A stretch of DNA of 64,000 bases from an uncultured Nitrospiraceae bacterium (GCA_963846575.1 CAWJWJ010000002.1:1408001-1472000); one strand, 5' to 3'. Numbered from the stretch's first letter, positions 41,789-52,079 are shown. Notes: generated by a model not told the origin, from the letters alone. Program-made: numbers and translations.

Positions 41789-42328
41789 ATGAAGAATGAA
41801 AACCCGCAGGGGTCAATCGTGAAAGACATTCAGGCCATTCGGGATCGTGCGCGCCAGCATATCGAGGATGGAGCGGTGACGGCGGACTACAAGGGCGACC
41901 CGAAGGTCGTCGTCAAGCTGTTGAACGAGGCTCTCGCGACCGAGATCGTGTGCGTCTTGCGATATAAACGTCATTACTTCATGGCGGAGGGTATGAACGC
42001 GGAAAGCGTCAAAAGCGAGTTCCTGGAACATGCCACTGAAGAACAGATGCATGCTGACGAGTTGGCCGAACGGATCGTCCAATTGGGTGGTGAACCGAAC
42101 CTGTCTCCCGACGGGCTCGCGACCAGGAGTCATTCCGAGTATGTGGAGGGCGGGAACCTGCAGGACATGATCAAGGAAGATTTGGTGGCGGAACGTGTGG
42201 CGATCGAAAGCTACCGTGACATGATTAAGTTCGTCGGAGAGAATGATCCCACGACACGTCGACTACTCGAGAATATCCTCATGAAGGAGGAGGAACATGC
42301 GGAGGATCTCGTGAGTCTCCTCAAATAA
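41789..42328 (+). CDS. ferritin-like (bacterioferritin/Dps-family) diiron protein
   Basis: LNEALATE..Y..H, EEQMHA..ERIVQLGG, DL.AE, EEEHA. Confidence 0.9.
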   Translation: MKNENPQGSIVKDIQAIRDRARQHIEDGAVTADYKGDPKVVVKLLNEALATEIVCVLRYKRHYFMAEGMNAESVKSEFLEHATEEQMHADELAERIVQLGGEPNLSPDGLATRSHSEYVEGGNLQDMIKEDLVAERVAIESYRDMIKFVGENDPTTRRLLENILMKEEEHAEDLVSLLK

Positions 42329-42761
42329 ATCGAACTCAACGGAAGGGTCGGACCGGGTCAGAACTATCCAACGGTTTGGTCGGGCCGGCCCTTTCTCCCT
42401 CACGCCCCTAGGCAGAAGTGAACTGACCCTCGTGGAAGCGACTACTACCTGGCCGGTGAACGCCCATCCTTCAACGCCAAGCCCATCGTTTGAATCGTGT
42501 CAGATGCGAACCATCGTAACGATTCATGACGCCCGGGATCATTGATGGATCGGACTCCCTGGACCTCTCTTCCTTTCTTCTCGACGCGTTCAGGCTAAGG
42601 GGCCTCGGGGATATCCCGAGTGCTTCGCCCAGCATTGTGGCGCATGTATTCTACGCCCCCTCTGCCAGGATTTTCCGTGACAACTGGTAGGACGCATACG
42701 TAGAGAAACGCATGTGTATCGTGGCTGTACATGGTGCCGACAGGGCATAAGTGTCATGGAA

Positions 42762-42789
42762 CTAGGGGTATATCCAGTCGCGCTCCCAG
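42762..42789 (+). promoter_or_regulatory. near-perfect CTAG box upstream of the csbD cluster
   Basis: CTAGGGGTATATCCAG 42762-42777 with overlapping CCAGTCGCGCTCCCAG; TAAAAG after a 23-nt gap. Confidence 0.6.
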
Positions 42790-42842
42790 GCAGGTGGAGG
42801 TAAAAGAAAGCATACTAAGCTTACAGCGACCGGACTCATGAA

Positions 42843-42870
42843 TCGTGATGAACGTGTCGTGATGAACGTG
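42843..42870. repeat. perfect 14-bp tandem repeat
   Basis: TCGTGATGAACGTG twice. Confidence 0.9.
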
Positions 42871-43119
42871 TAGGGAGGCCGACATGCGAGCTGAACGATC
42901 TAACGGACTGAAGCGGCGGGTGGTGGTTACCGTGATGAATGAAGAGAGCCCTTCCGCAATCCGCGTCTACCGTGGCGGACGTTTGGGACTGGCCTCGCGG
43001 TTGCCTGACCAGTATGTGTTCAGACCGCCACAACCGCAACATCCGAGCACGCCGCCAGTGGGACGGGGTCACGGCTGTTTTCCTGTCCCGTCGCAACAAC
43101 ACTAAAAAGGAGGACCTCT

Positions 43120-43359
43120 ATGAACGCTGATCAATTCAAAGGTAAATGGGTGCAATTCAAGGGCGAACTGAAGCAGAAATGGGGAGATCTGACCGACGAT
43201 GATTTGATGCAGGTGGAGGGGAATTACGACAAATTTGTCGGCAGAGTTCAGGAACGCTATGGCGACAAGAAGGAAGAAGTCGTCAAATGGGCGGACGATT
43301 GGTACAGCCGTCAGGGTACGGCCGGTGCGAAGCCGGGAGAAGCCCCGCGTCCTCGCTGA
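43120..43359 (+). CDS. csbD: CsbD/YjbJ stress protein
   Basis: [36 protein letters not shown]. Confidence 0.93.
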   Translation: MNADQFKGKWVQFKGELKQKWGDLTDDDLMQVEGNYDKFVGRVQERYGDKKEEVVKWADDWYSRQGTAGAKPGEAPRPR

Positions 43360-43511
43360 GAATCACTGTCGCGTGAGGGGTGCTCTACCCGGCATCTCTC
43401 ACGCGTGGAGCTTGACAGGGCAAAGGTGCACAGGCCGGGCGAACGTCGACACATCACGGCGCTGTGGGGCGGAAGCAACGTTTCCGCACGATCATTCAAG
43501 AAGGAGTGAGC

Positions 43512-43880
43512 ATGGAACTCAGACTGAGATTGTTGTCCGCAGTGACGCTGACGGGCGTGATGCTAAGTGCAGGACTGAGCGCAGCCGGACAGCCCCTTGC
43601 AGCGGGACCGACAATCCCTCAACAGGACGGTGAGCAGACACACGCGTTGCCCGTCGTGAATCAGGACCAGTTCGAAGGCAAGTGGAAGCAGTTCAAGGGA
43701 GAACTGAAAGAGAAATGGGCGGACTTCACGGAGGACGACCTGCTGGCGATCGAGGGCCGTGTCGATAAGCTCGAGGGAAAGATCCAGGAGCGTTATGGCG
43801 ATCGTCGGGAGGAAGTGAAGGATTGGATCGACGAGTGGTTTGACGCGCACGGCGTCCGTAAGGAATCGACACAATCCTAA
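43512..43880 (+). CDS. CsbD-family protein with N-terminal signal-like peptide
   Basis: Hydrophobic leader then NQDQFEGKWKQFKGELKEKW..GKIQERYG. Confidence 0.85.
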   Translation: MELRLRLLSAVTLTGVMLSAGLSAAGQPLAAGPTIPQQDGEQTHALPVVNQDQFEGKWKQFKGELKEKWADFTEDDLLAIEGRVDKLEGKIQERYGDRREEVKDWIDEWFDAHGVRKESTQS

Positions 43881-43915
43881 CTCATCGTGGTCCCAGCAGA
43901 GGAGGAGTGACGGTC

Positions 43916-44518
43916 ATGATACGCAGTTGGTCTCATACCATGTTTGCGCTGACTCTCGGGGCAGCGGTCGGACTCGGCATGCTTCAAGCGCCGGCGATGG
44001 CCCGGGCCGCGGACGACAATGGTCTCTTCCAGCAAATGGACATCGGGTTGGTCTCGATCGGCGGTCGTGCCACCTATGTCGATCCGAAGGATGGATCAAG
44101 CCGGTGGTTTGGCGGCGGGCAAGTACGGCTTCACCCCTGGCAGTATCTGGCCTTCGAAGGCTCAGCCGATTACCGGCGAAACGACATCGGAGATACCCGC
44201 GTTCATACCTATCCTGTGATGGTGTCTGCCTTGATCTATCCGTTTGGAACGACCAGACTGGCACCCTTCCTCCTCGGAGGGGGCGGGTGGTACTACACGA
44301 CAGTGAAGGGGCCCGGCGGATTCGATGACACCCAGAACCGGTTCGGTGCCCATGCCGGGGGCGGACTGCAATTCTTCTTCAACAAACACGTCTCCATCGA
44401 TAGCACGTACCGATATATCTGGCTTGAGAAGATCGAATCCAGGGACCAGAACATCGTGGATAAAAAGTTTCAAGACAACGGCCATATGGTGACGGCCGCG
44501 ATCAATTTCCATTTCTAA
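43916..44518 (+). CDS. OmpA-like 8-strand outer-membrane beta-barrel
   Basis: Signal peptide; GAHAGGGLQF; C-terminal F. Confidence 0.88.
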   Translation: MIRSWSHTMFALTLGAAVGLGMLQAPAMARAADDNGLFQQMDIGLVSIGGRATYVDPKDGSSRWFGGGQVRLHPWQYLAFEGSADYRRNDIGDTRVHTYPVMVSALIYPFGTTRLAPFLLGGGGWYYTTVKGPGGFDDTQNRFGAHAGGGLQFFFNKHVSIDSTYRYIWLEKIESRDQNIVDKKFQDNGHMVTAAINFHF

Positions 44519-44599
44519 GAGACAGCCACATTCACCGCCGCCAGGGTATCACCGGGGTGGAGGGCATCAGAAGGTGTTGGAGACAGGAATGCCGGTTTG

Positions 44600-45673
44600 A
44601 TGGGCTCACTTGTAGGAATCATCGTTCTGCTGTCCCTCCTTTTTCAGGGAGTTGATGCAGCCGCTGAAGGTTCTGACGAATACATTGCCGGATATGCGGC
44701 CGCGCTGGTGGAGCATGAATTCGACCTTCCGGGAACCGACATTCAGGTCGACCAAGGGGTGGTCACGGTATACGTGAAGCGGTTGGGAGCGGACGACCCG
44801 ACGAAGATCGCCGAGGCATTAAAAAAAATACCGGGCGTGGTGGACGCCCGGGTGCGAGAGGGAGAACCGGCACAACCGCGATCGGTGTCTTCGGCCCGCA
44901 CCGCCACTCCGGAGCCCGAGTCGAAGTTTTTGCCGCGGGGAATCCTCGTTGAGCCGTTCCATGCTGATCCCCGGTGGCCCCACTTTGGCGCCTCGTATCA
45001 CTGGTTGTCGTCAGGACGGCAGTTCGCAAGTTCCTTCGGCGAATCCTTCGCGTTCTATCGGAATGCCGCCCCCTTCAATGGGCAATGGGAATTGGGCATG
45101 CAGGCAGGAGTGTTCGGAGTGTTCGACACCCAGCGACGTTCGATCGATCTTATCAATGCCGATTATACCGTCGGGTTGTTAGCAAGTTACCGGGCCGACA
45201 AGTTTTCGGGGTTTATCCGCATTCATCATCAGAGCTCGCATCTGGGAGATGAGTTTTTGTTGAGCAATCCTCAGGTGACACGGATCAACCTGAGCTTCGA
45301 AGAAGTGGATCTGAAGCTGTCCTATGATCTGACGACGTGGCTTCGTGTGTATGGCGGCGTCGGAACGCTGATACGGGTGGACCCTCGTGGGTTAGGGCGC
45401 CATACCTCTCAGGGGGGAGCGGAGTTCAAAAGCCCCTGGACCGTCTTCGGAGGCAAGATTCGTCCGGTTGCGTATGCCGACTTTCAGGCCAATTCGCGCT
45501 CAAATTGGAAGCTGGGGCAATCCATGAGAGCCGGGTTTCAATTTGAAAATGCCGTGATCGGGGATCGGAAACTCCAGGTGCTGGCGGAATACTTTTCGGG
45601 TCCCTCACCCAACGGTCAACTCTACGACCAGACGGTCGAATGGGTCGGGATGGGGATTCACCTCTGGTTCTAA
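44600..45673 (+). CDS. BON-like domain plus DUF1207-type outer-membrane protein
   Basis: IQVDQGVVTV..IPGVV; LINADY, HQSSHLGDE, GPSPNGQ; ends WF. Confidence 0.8.
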   Translation: MGSLVGIIVLLSLLFQGVDAAAEGSDEYIAGYAAALVEHEFDLPGTDIQVDQGVVTVYVKRLGADDPTKIAEALKKIPGVVDARVREGEPAQPRSVSSARTATPEPESKFLPRGILVEPFHADPRWPHFGASYHWLSSGRQFASSFGESFAFYRNAAPFNGQWELGMQAGVFGVFDTQRRSIDLINADYTVGLLASYRADKFSGFIRIHHQSSHLGDEFLLSNPQVTRINLSFEEVDLKLSYDLTTWLRVYGGVGTLIRVDPRGLGRHTSQGGAEFKSPWTVFGGKIRPVAYADFQANSRSNWKLGQSMRAGFQFENAVIGDRKLQVLAEYFSGPSPNGQLYDQTVEWVGMGIHLWF

Positions 45674-45735
45674 TGGAACTCAGATAGACGAGGCTGACGG
45701 ATTATCTCTCATGGACATGGACGAAAGGGGACACA

Positions 45736-45900
45736 ATGCCTACTGAAACAGCGACCAGGAAGAAATGTGCCCATCCGAAATGCGAGTGTTCGGCCGAACC
45801 GGGCAAGGAGTTCTGTTCCGATGCCTGCCGGAACGCGAAGGCGCCCACCGGTTCCTGTTCCTGCGGTCATGGCGGCTGCGCAGCAAAGCAGCAGCATTAA
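45736..45900 (+). CDS. bacterial metallothionein-like protein (54 aa), not in ORF track
   Basis: MPTETATRKKCAHPKCECSAEPGKEFCSDACRNAKAPTGSCSCGHGGCAAKQQH; 8 Cys and 3 His; AAGGGG RBS. Confidence 0.85.
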   Translation: MPTETATRKKCAHPKCECSAEPGKEFCSDACRNAKAPTGSCSCGHGGCAAKQQH

Positions 45901-45967
45901 TGGGCGGGCGGCCCGGAGGGCCGTCGGTCTGGGCCAGGGTTTTTCACAATTTAGATGAGGTGTCATC

Positions 45968-46135
45968 ATGCTGAACTGGGCAGTAACTTTTCTCGTAATC
46001 GGATTGATCGCCGGCCTGTTGGGTGTGACCGGAGTGGCGGGGACTGCGACCCACATCGCCTACGTGTTGTTCGTGGTGTTTCTCATCATGGCCGTGGTGG
46101 GCATGGTCATGGGGCGCCGACCCCCTGTCACGTAA
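45968..46135 (+). CDS. DUF1328/UPF0391 (YtjA-like) small membrane protein, not in ORF track
   Basis: [53 protein letters not shown]. Confidence 0.9.
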   Translation: MLNWAVTFLVIGLIAGLLGVTGVAGTATHIAYVLFVVFLIMAVVGMVMGRRPPVT

Positions 46136-46148
46136 AACCTTCTCGATC

Positions 46149-49100
46149 TTAGGCTCTGGTGCGGACGGAGCTGATGATCGCCTCGTAGAGTTGCACGGCG
46201 GCGCGCTCTTTGGTGACAAAGACCGCCGCCCCCGCATTGACCATCATCTCTTCAATATGCCGTTCATTCTGGACGGAGAGTCCGATGATCACCGTAGCGG
46301 GACGCCGCCCCATGATTTGACGGGTCGCCTCGATGCCGTCCAGCCTCGGCATGTTGATGTCCATGACCACCACGTCCGGCTTCAGCGCTTCAGCCTGGTT
46401 GACCGCAGTTTCGCCATCCCCGGCCTCGCCGATGACTTCGAGATCCTGATAACCTTCTAAGACGCTTCTGAGCCCCTGCCTCACCATCGCATGGTCATCC
46501 ACGAGCAGGATGCGCAGCTTCTGCGACCCGGTTCCGGCGGGGGCCACCCCTGACGGTTGGTGCTCAATTGCGGGATCCCGGGCCATGGTCTGCGAGTGGT
46601 CCAATGGCACGGTAAGGGACACGCAGGTGCCGGCTTTTTCAGAGGAGCGAAGTTCAAAGTGCCCCCCGACCGCCTCGATGCGCTCTTGGATGTTGAACAG
46701 TCCGAACCGGCCGGACTGATGCCGGTCCGGCTCCATGATCGCGGCGGGATCGCATCCGTTTCCCTGATCGGACACCGCCACCTGCAGAGTGCGGTCGCTC
46801 TGGCAGAGCAGGTGGATAGTGGCTTCATCGGTGCCGGAATGTTTGATGACATTGAACAGCAGTTCCCGGACGCTTTGATAGAGAATGACCGCGCGTTCCT
46901 CGGCCAGGTTCACCTGATCCATGTCGCAATGGACCTCGACGTTCAACCCGTGAATTTTCATCTGTCTGCCGAGCCATTTGAGGGCGGCCGGCAGTCCGAA
47001 CTGATACAGGACTTGCGGGCTCAATTCGGCCACGAGCGTGCGGGTATAGTTCAGTGACTGCGTAAGCACGTCATCCGCTTCGTCTAAAATCTTCTGCGTT
47101 TTCGGATCGCTGACGAGGGGCCTGGCCTGTCCCAGTTTCATGCGCCCGACCACCAGCAACTGGGCCAGATAGTCATGCAACTCCGTCGCCAGCCGTCGGC
47201 GTTCCTGTTGCTCCGTAGCACTCAAATCCGAGGCCAGGGCACGGAGCCGTTCCTGGGACCGCAGGAGCGCGTCCGTGCGTTCATGCACCCGTTGTTCGAG
47301 TTCGGCCGTCCACCGGTGTAACTGTGATTCAGCCTGTTTGCGATCGGTGATATCAAGCGCGGCATGGAGATAGCCGTTGAAGGTCCCCTCAGCCGTCAGG
47401 AGCGGCACTCCGCGATGCAGGATCGATCCGTAGGTGTGGTCACGCTTGCGCAACCGGTATTCCATTTCGAAGGGCTGCCGCCGGTCGAAGGCCGAGTCGT
47501 AAGTCTGTCGGCAGCCTGGTACGTCGTCGGGGTGGATGCCGGACATCCATCCGTCCCCCAGTTCGTCCTGCAATCCCCGGCCTGTATAATCGAGCCATGA
47601 TTTGTTGTGCCAGGTTGAGGCCTTGTCGACCCCGGCCATGGAAACCAGCACCGGGGTTGCATCGGCCAACATGCGAAAGTGCGCCTCGCTTTCCCGAAGG
47701 CCCGCTTCAATTCGTTTGCGCTCCGTAATGTCGCGCACAATTGCATGCCATCGCCGGTCGGGCTGGAGTTTCGCGCTGACCTCGACCGAGATCAGCGAGC
47801 CATCCTTCCGGCGGAGAGTCCATTCGCCGGCATGCCGATGGCCCTCGAGCACCTCGGTCTTGATCTCCTTCAGCCGCTGAAAATCCTGTGGCGCGAGCAA
47901 GTCCGTGACCCGCATGTTGAGAAGTTCCGCACGGGAATACCCCACCATCTGGCAACCGCGGTTGTTGATGTCAAGGTAGTGGCCCGCCATGTCGGCCATG
48001 ACGATTCCATCCGAGGCCTGCTCGAACAGATGCCGGAACCGGCCTTCGCTTTCACGCAAGGCCCGCTCGGTCTGCTTGCGATCGGTCAGGTTCGTGACCA
48101 GGATATACAAGCCTGCTATCTCTCCTGCCGGCGTCCGGTCCGGTACATACGTAGCGAGGAGGGTTTCTTCCCGCCCCTTCCCCGACACGGTGGTCTCGAA
48201 AGACACCTGTTCGCCGCGCAGCGCACGATGGAGACTGGCTCGCACGCCGGCGTACTCCTGCGGCATGAGGTCGGCCATCGATTGCCCGATGATGCGCTCA
48301 CGGGACAGGTTGAAGTATCGTTCATATCCGGCGTTGACGAACTGATAGCGTTCCTCGCGATCGACATAGGCGATCATGCCGGGGAGAGAATCGGTGATCA
48401 CCCGTAGCTGAGATTCGCTCTGCTGGAGGGCGCGTTCCGCACGCTTCCGCGCCGTGATGTCGAACATGACACCGGTAATGTGCCGTGGCTGTCCCGATGC
48501 ATCAGGCAACACTTGTCCCGCGATGGCGATCCAGGCATCCTCGCGGGAGGGGGAGCGGAGAATGCGGCATTCCAGGTCGTAGGGGCTGCGATCCCGGACC
48601 GCCTGTTCGATCACCCCTGTGACTCTGGCGCGGTCGTCCGGATGGAGGAGCTGTTGAAACGCGGCGAACGTCCCGCCGAAACTCGCCGGGGGAAGACCGA
48701 ACAGAGTGTCCAATTCAGGAGACCAGATAAAGGTACTGTCGTCGAGATCGTGATGAAAGGTCCCCATGCGGCCCGCATTCAGCGCGAGCCGATGGCGGGC
48801 TTCCCGCTGTTGAAGAATCTGGAGAAGATGCTTTTTCTGTCCATCCGTGCGGTTCAGCGTGCCGGCGAGGATCCAGAGAAAAGCCAGAACGATCATAATG
48901 ACGGCGGCCACGGCCAGCGCCACGCCGAAGTTGAAGCCATAGTGGCCGGAGCGCTGAGCGGTAATTCTGATCCACCCGGCGAGGATGGGAAGGCCGATCG
49001 CGAAAGGGAGGACCCGCCGCAGCATCAGGCCTCCGAGGTCTTCACTGGTCAGGGTGGCGATGAAGCCCTTCTCCGGGCGCGCCGCGAGAATGCCTAGTCC

Positions 49101-49691
49101 TATCGCGGTCAGGAGGCTGGCAGCGGAGAGAGAAATCCACGTGAATTCTCCCACCTGATACAGCGATGGCACCCCGTAGAGGTACCCCACCAGCGCGACA
49201 GATCCGATCGTGCCACCGACCAGGGCTCCATATTGCAGGGGATCGTAACGACTGACAGGTGCCCGATCCAGGCGTAACAGCGCGAGCCCGAACAGCAACA
49301 GCGAAAAGGCGGTGGGGGGGGCCATGCGGTAGGGGTGCGGACCGCCACCATTCTGAAAGGGGGGACCCCAACGATCAATTCCGAGCTCAATCGAGAACAG
49401 GTATTCGAACAGGGTAGCGACGGCGAGAAGGCACACGCCCAGGGCCATGACCTGCGCCACCCGATGCCGAGCGCCGGACGGACCGGGACGAATCCGGAGC
49501 CACAACGCCAGACCGCACAAGAGTGTGCCGATGACCGTGTTGGGCTGAATCCGGTAGAAGGAAGTCGGGATGGCAGGCATGAGCCCGGGATCGTTGAGCC
49601 AGCTCAAAAGAATGCCGACCGGTAGGAGGATGGTGAAGATCGCAGCCGAATAGGCGAGGCGGTGGAACTGTGAGAGCACGGCTCTGGTCAT
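46149..49691 (-). CDS. membrane hybrid histidine kinase: multi-TM sensor, 4 PAS, HisKA_3, HATPase, REC
   Basis: ERRRLATELHDYLAQ H-box; DQGNG, FGLFNIQER; VDDH..MDINMP. Confidence 0.93.
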   Translation of the reverse strand: MTRAVLSQFHRLAYSAAIFTILLPVGILLSWLNDPGLMPAIPTSFYRIQPNTVIGTLLCGLALWLRIRPGPSGARHRVAQVMALGVCLLAVATLFEYLFSIELGIDRWGPPFQNGGGPHPYRMAPPTAFSLLLFGLALLRLDRAPVSRYDPLQYGALVGGTIGSVALVGYLYGVPSLYQVGEFTWISLSAASLLTAIGLGILAARPEKGFIATLTSEDLGGLMLRRVLPFAIGLPILAGWIRITAQRSGHYGFNFGVALAVAAVIMIVLAFLWILAGTLNRTDGQKKHLLQILQQREARHRLALNAGRMGTFHHDLDDSTFIWSPELDTLFGLPPASFGGTFAAFQQLLHPDDRARVTGVIEQAVRDRSPYDLECRILRSPSREDAWIAIAGQVLPDASGQPRHITGVMFDITARKRAERALQQSESQLRVITDSLPGMIAYVDREERYQFVNAGYERYFNLSRERIIGQSMADLMPQEYAGVRASLHRALRGEQVSFETTVSGKGREETLLATYVPDRTPAGEIAGLYILVTNLTDRKQTERALRESEGRFRHLFEQASDGIVMADMAGHYLDINNRGCQMVGYSRAELLNMRVTDLLAPQDFQRLKEIKTEVLEGHRHAGEWTLRRKDGSLISVEVSAKLQPDRRWHAIVRDITERKRIEAGLRESEAHFRMLADATPVLVSMAGVDKASTWHNKSWLDYTGRGLQDELGDGWMSGIHPDDVPGCRQTYDSAFDRRQPFEMEYRLRKRDHTYGSILHRGVPLLTAEGTFNGYLHAALDITDRKQAESQLHRWTAELEQRVHERTDALLRSQERLRALASDLSATEQQERRRLATELHDYLAQLLVVGRMKLGQARPLVSDPKTQKILDEADDVLTQSLNYTRTLVAELSPQVLYQFGLPAALKWLGRQMKIHGLNVEVHCDMDQVNLAEERAVILYQSVRELLFNVIKHSGTDEATIHLLCQSDRTLQVAVSDQGNGCDPAAIMEPDRHQSGRFGLFNIQERIEAVGGHFELRSSEKAGTCVSLTVPLDHSQTMARDPAIEHQPSGVAPAGTGSQKLRILLVDDHAMVRQGLRSVLEGYQDLEVIGEAGDGETAVNQAEALKPDVVVMDINMPRLDGIEATRQIMGRRPATVIIGLSVQNERHIEEMMVNAGAAVFVTKERAAVQLYEAIISSVRTRA

Positions 49692-49876
49692 ACTAAATAT
49701 TCGAGCATCATGAGAGAAGTGAATTGATTTCCGTGGCGAGGTTAAGTGGCCCCCACGCTAGGGAGACCGCACTTCAGTACCCTGGCTCTGTTGCGATCGG
49801 CTCATCCTGCGACTATTGTGTGACGGTCTTAAATTCCCCTCACAAGACCCGGGGCGTGGTTCTCCTGACGAGCCGG

Positions 49877-51835
49877 TCACGAATGAATCGGGCAGTGATT
49901 GACGATAACCTCGTACAGCTGACTTGCCGCCGACTCCTTGGTCAAAAACGCGGCGGCACCGGCGTCAGTCATGGCCACTTCGACCTGTGGATCGTTTCTC
50001 ACCGAAATGCCGATAATGGTCAGGGAGCTTATCTCCCGGCTGAGGATGCGGGTGGCCTCCACGCCGTCGAGGAGCGGCAGATTGACGTCCATCACCACCA
50101 CATCCGGACGGAGTGAACGGGCCATGACGACCGCGTCCTGGCCGTCAGCTGCTTCGCCCACGACATCCAGGTCCTCATAACTGTCCAGAATACTGCGGAG
50201 CCCCTGCCTGACCATGGCATGGTCGTCCACCAGTAACACGCGCAGGCACCGGTCGACTGATTTGGAGACGACCGCCTTGGTTCCGGCATGGGTTGTCGCC
50301 GGCTGCGGCGATCCGATGCAGTTCTGCGCGAGCGGGAGCCGCAGAATGGCCAGGGTGCCCCTGCCGGGAGTGGAGGACAGTTCGCATTCGCCGCCCAAGA
50401 GCTCCATGCGTTCCCGAATGCTCAGCAAACCGAACTTTGGCTCCATCGCATGTGAACTGGACAGAGTGGAGACGTCGAAGCCTCGGCCGTGGTCCTCTAC
50501 GCAAATCCACAGGACCTGTTCATCATCAATGTTGACCGTGATCGTGGCCTTGTCCGTACGCGCATGTTTCACGATGTTGAACAGTAGTTCACGCACCGAT
50601 TGAAACAACAACACCGCCTGGTCGTCGGAGAGCGTGAAGGTGCCGGGTCCGGGCTGTACGGTGACGTCGAGCGAATGCTGCTTCATTTGATCGCCTAACC
50701 AGACCAGGGATTTCGACAGCCCGAACTGGTACAGCACATGGGGGCTTAACTCGGCCACCAGCGAGCGGGTGTAGGTCAGTGCCTGGTCGAGCATCTGATC
50801 GATCTTGGCGAGTGATCCGGCAAGGGCCTGGTCGCGCGACCGCGAGATGGTTTGGGACAGCGTGATCCGGCTGGCCACGACCAATTGAGCGAGGTAATCA
50901 TGGAGGTCGGTGGCCAGTCTCCGGCGTTCCCGTTGTTCGGTCAACGTCAGTTCGGATGCCAGGGCTCGCAATCGTTGGTGAGAGCAGCGGAGCTCGTTTG
51001 TTCTCTCGATCAGCCGCTGTTCGGCATCGGCAGCCAGGTCTTGGAGTTGTTTCTCCGCCCGTTTCCGGTCGGTGATCTCAACGAGCACGGTGACGCCGCC
51101 GACCACTTTCCCGGTTGCATCACAGAGCGGGGTCGGATAGGGGAGGACCGGCACACGCGTTCCGTCCGGCCGTTCGACCAGCAACTCCACCCCGCGGATC
51201 GCTTGATTCTGCCTGAGCGAGACGGCCATCGGACAATCATCGATCGGCAGCGGCGTGCCGTCAGGCCGATAGAGACGCCATGATCCGCACCACTGTGCTT
51301 CTCCTAATTGAGGGCGGCAGCCCCAGAGGTCGATGGCGGCCTGATTGTAATGATTGATGCGGCCCTCGGCGTCTGTCGTATAGACGGCTGCAGGGAGGGC
51401 CTCAACCAACTCTTTAAACTGCTGTTCGGTCCCCTTGTGCTGGGAAATATCACGGGCGACCTTAGAGGCTCCGATGATCTGACCTGTCCGATCCTTCAGC
51501 GGAGACACCGTCAAAGAAATGTCTGCCAGCGTGCCGTCTTTCCGTTGCCACACCGTCTCATAATGGTCGATGTTGACACCTGCGTGTAAACAGGCCGGAA
51601 CGCCTGTTTCTCCTCGACGCCGGTCCTGCGGGATCAAACGCTGCACCGGTTGGCCGATCATTTCATCGGCCGTGTACCCGAACAGGCGTTCCGCGCCCTT
51701 GTTCCAGCTCAGCACCACTCCCTGCAAGTCTCTGGAAATGATTGCATCGTCGGAAGATTCCACGATCGCCGCCGCTTGCGCCAGGGCAAAATCGTGATTA
51801 TGAGCCAACGATGGAAAGGCGGCATGGTCAGTCAT
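49877..51835 (-). CDS. cytoplasmic hybrid histidine kinase: 2 PAS, HisKA_3, HATPase, REC
   Basis: SSDDAII PAS; ERRRLATDLHDYLAQ; DHGRGF; MDVNLP. Confidence 0.93.
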   Translation of the reverse strand: MTDHAAFPSLAHNHDFALAQAAAIVESSDDAIISRDLQGVVLSWNKGAERLFGYTADEMIGQPVQRLIPQDRRRGETGVPACLHAGVNIDHYETVWQRKDGTLADISLTVSPLKDRTGQIIGASKVARDISQHKGTEQQFKELVEALPAAVYTTDAEGRINHYNQAAIDLWGCRPQLGEAQWCGSWRLYRPDGTPLPIDDCPMAVSLRQNQAIRGVELLVERPDGTRVPVLPYPTPLCDATGKVVGGVTVLVEITDRKRAEKQLQDLAADAEQRLIERTNELRCSHQRLRALASELTLTEQRERRRLATDLHDYLAQLVVASRITLSQTISRSRDQALAGSLAKIDQMLDQALTYTRSLVAELSPHVLYQFGLSKSLVWLGDQMKQHSLDVTVQPGPGTFTLSDDQAVLLFQSVRELLFNIVKHARTDKATITVNIDDEQVLWICVEDHGRGFDVSTLSSSHAMEPKFGLLSIRERMELLGGECELSSTPGRGTLAILRLPLAQNCIGSPQPATTHAGTKAVVSKSVDRCLRVLLVDDHAMVRQGLRSILDSYEDLDVVGEAADGQDAVVMARSLRPDVVVMDVNLPLLDGVEATRILSREISSLTIIGISVRNDPQVEVAMTDAGAAAFLTKESAASQLYEVIVNHCPIHS

Positions 51836-51914
51836 GTAAGTATTGCTGCGTCCCGTACATGTGCCCGAGTCAAAGTCATAGATAGCTGTGAGTGTTGGAT
51901 CTCGAGCTCAGCTA

Positions 51915-52022
51915 AACATAGTGTGGATGTTGGTTCGCGTACAACTAGGCAAAACGCTAGCACGGATTTTCAGCCATTCCAGGGGTATACCTAGTGATGT
52001 GTCATTCGAAACCCTGTACTCT
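51915..52022. promoter_or_regulatory. two CTAG boxes with divergent -10s
   Basis: CTAGGCAAAACGCTAG 51945-51960 (minus TATGTT 51915-51920, gap 24); CCAGGGGTATACCTAG 51979-51994 (plus TACTCT 52017-52022, gap 22). Confidence 0.75.
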
Positions 52023-52079
52023 GACAATGAACCTTATTCGGTTCGGAACGGCCTTAGGGTCACACGAAAGGAGAGCGCG

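Noticed and set aside
42884..43105. 73-aa ORF with a GGAGG RBS before csbD
   Set aside because: Composition is not convincing and nothing is recognisable; may be leader sequence
49743..49772. CTAG upstream of the large membrane kinase
   Set aside because: Half-site only; the second half does not fit N8 spacing
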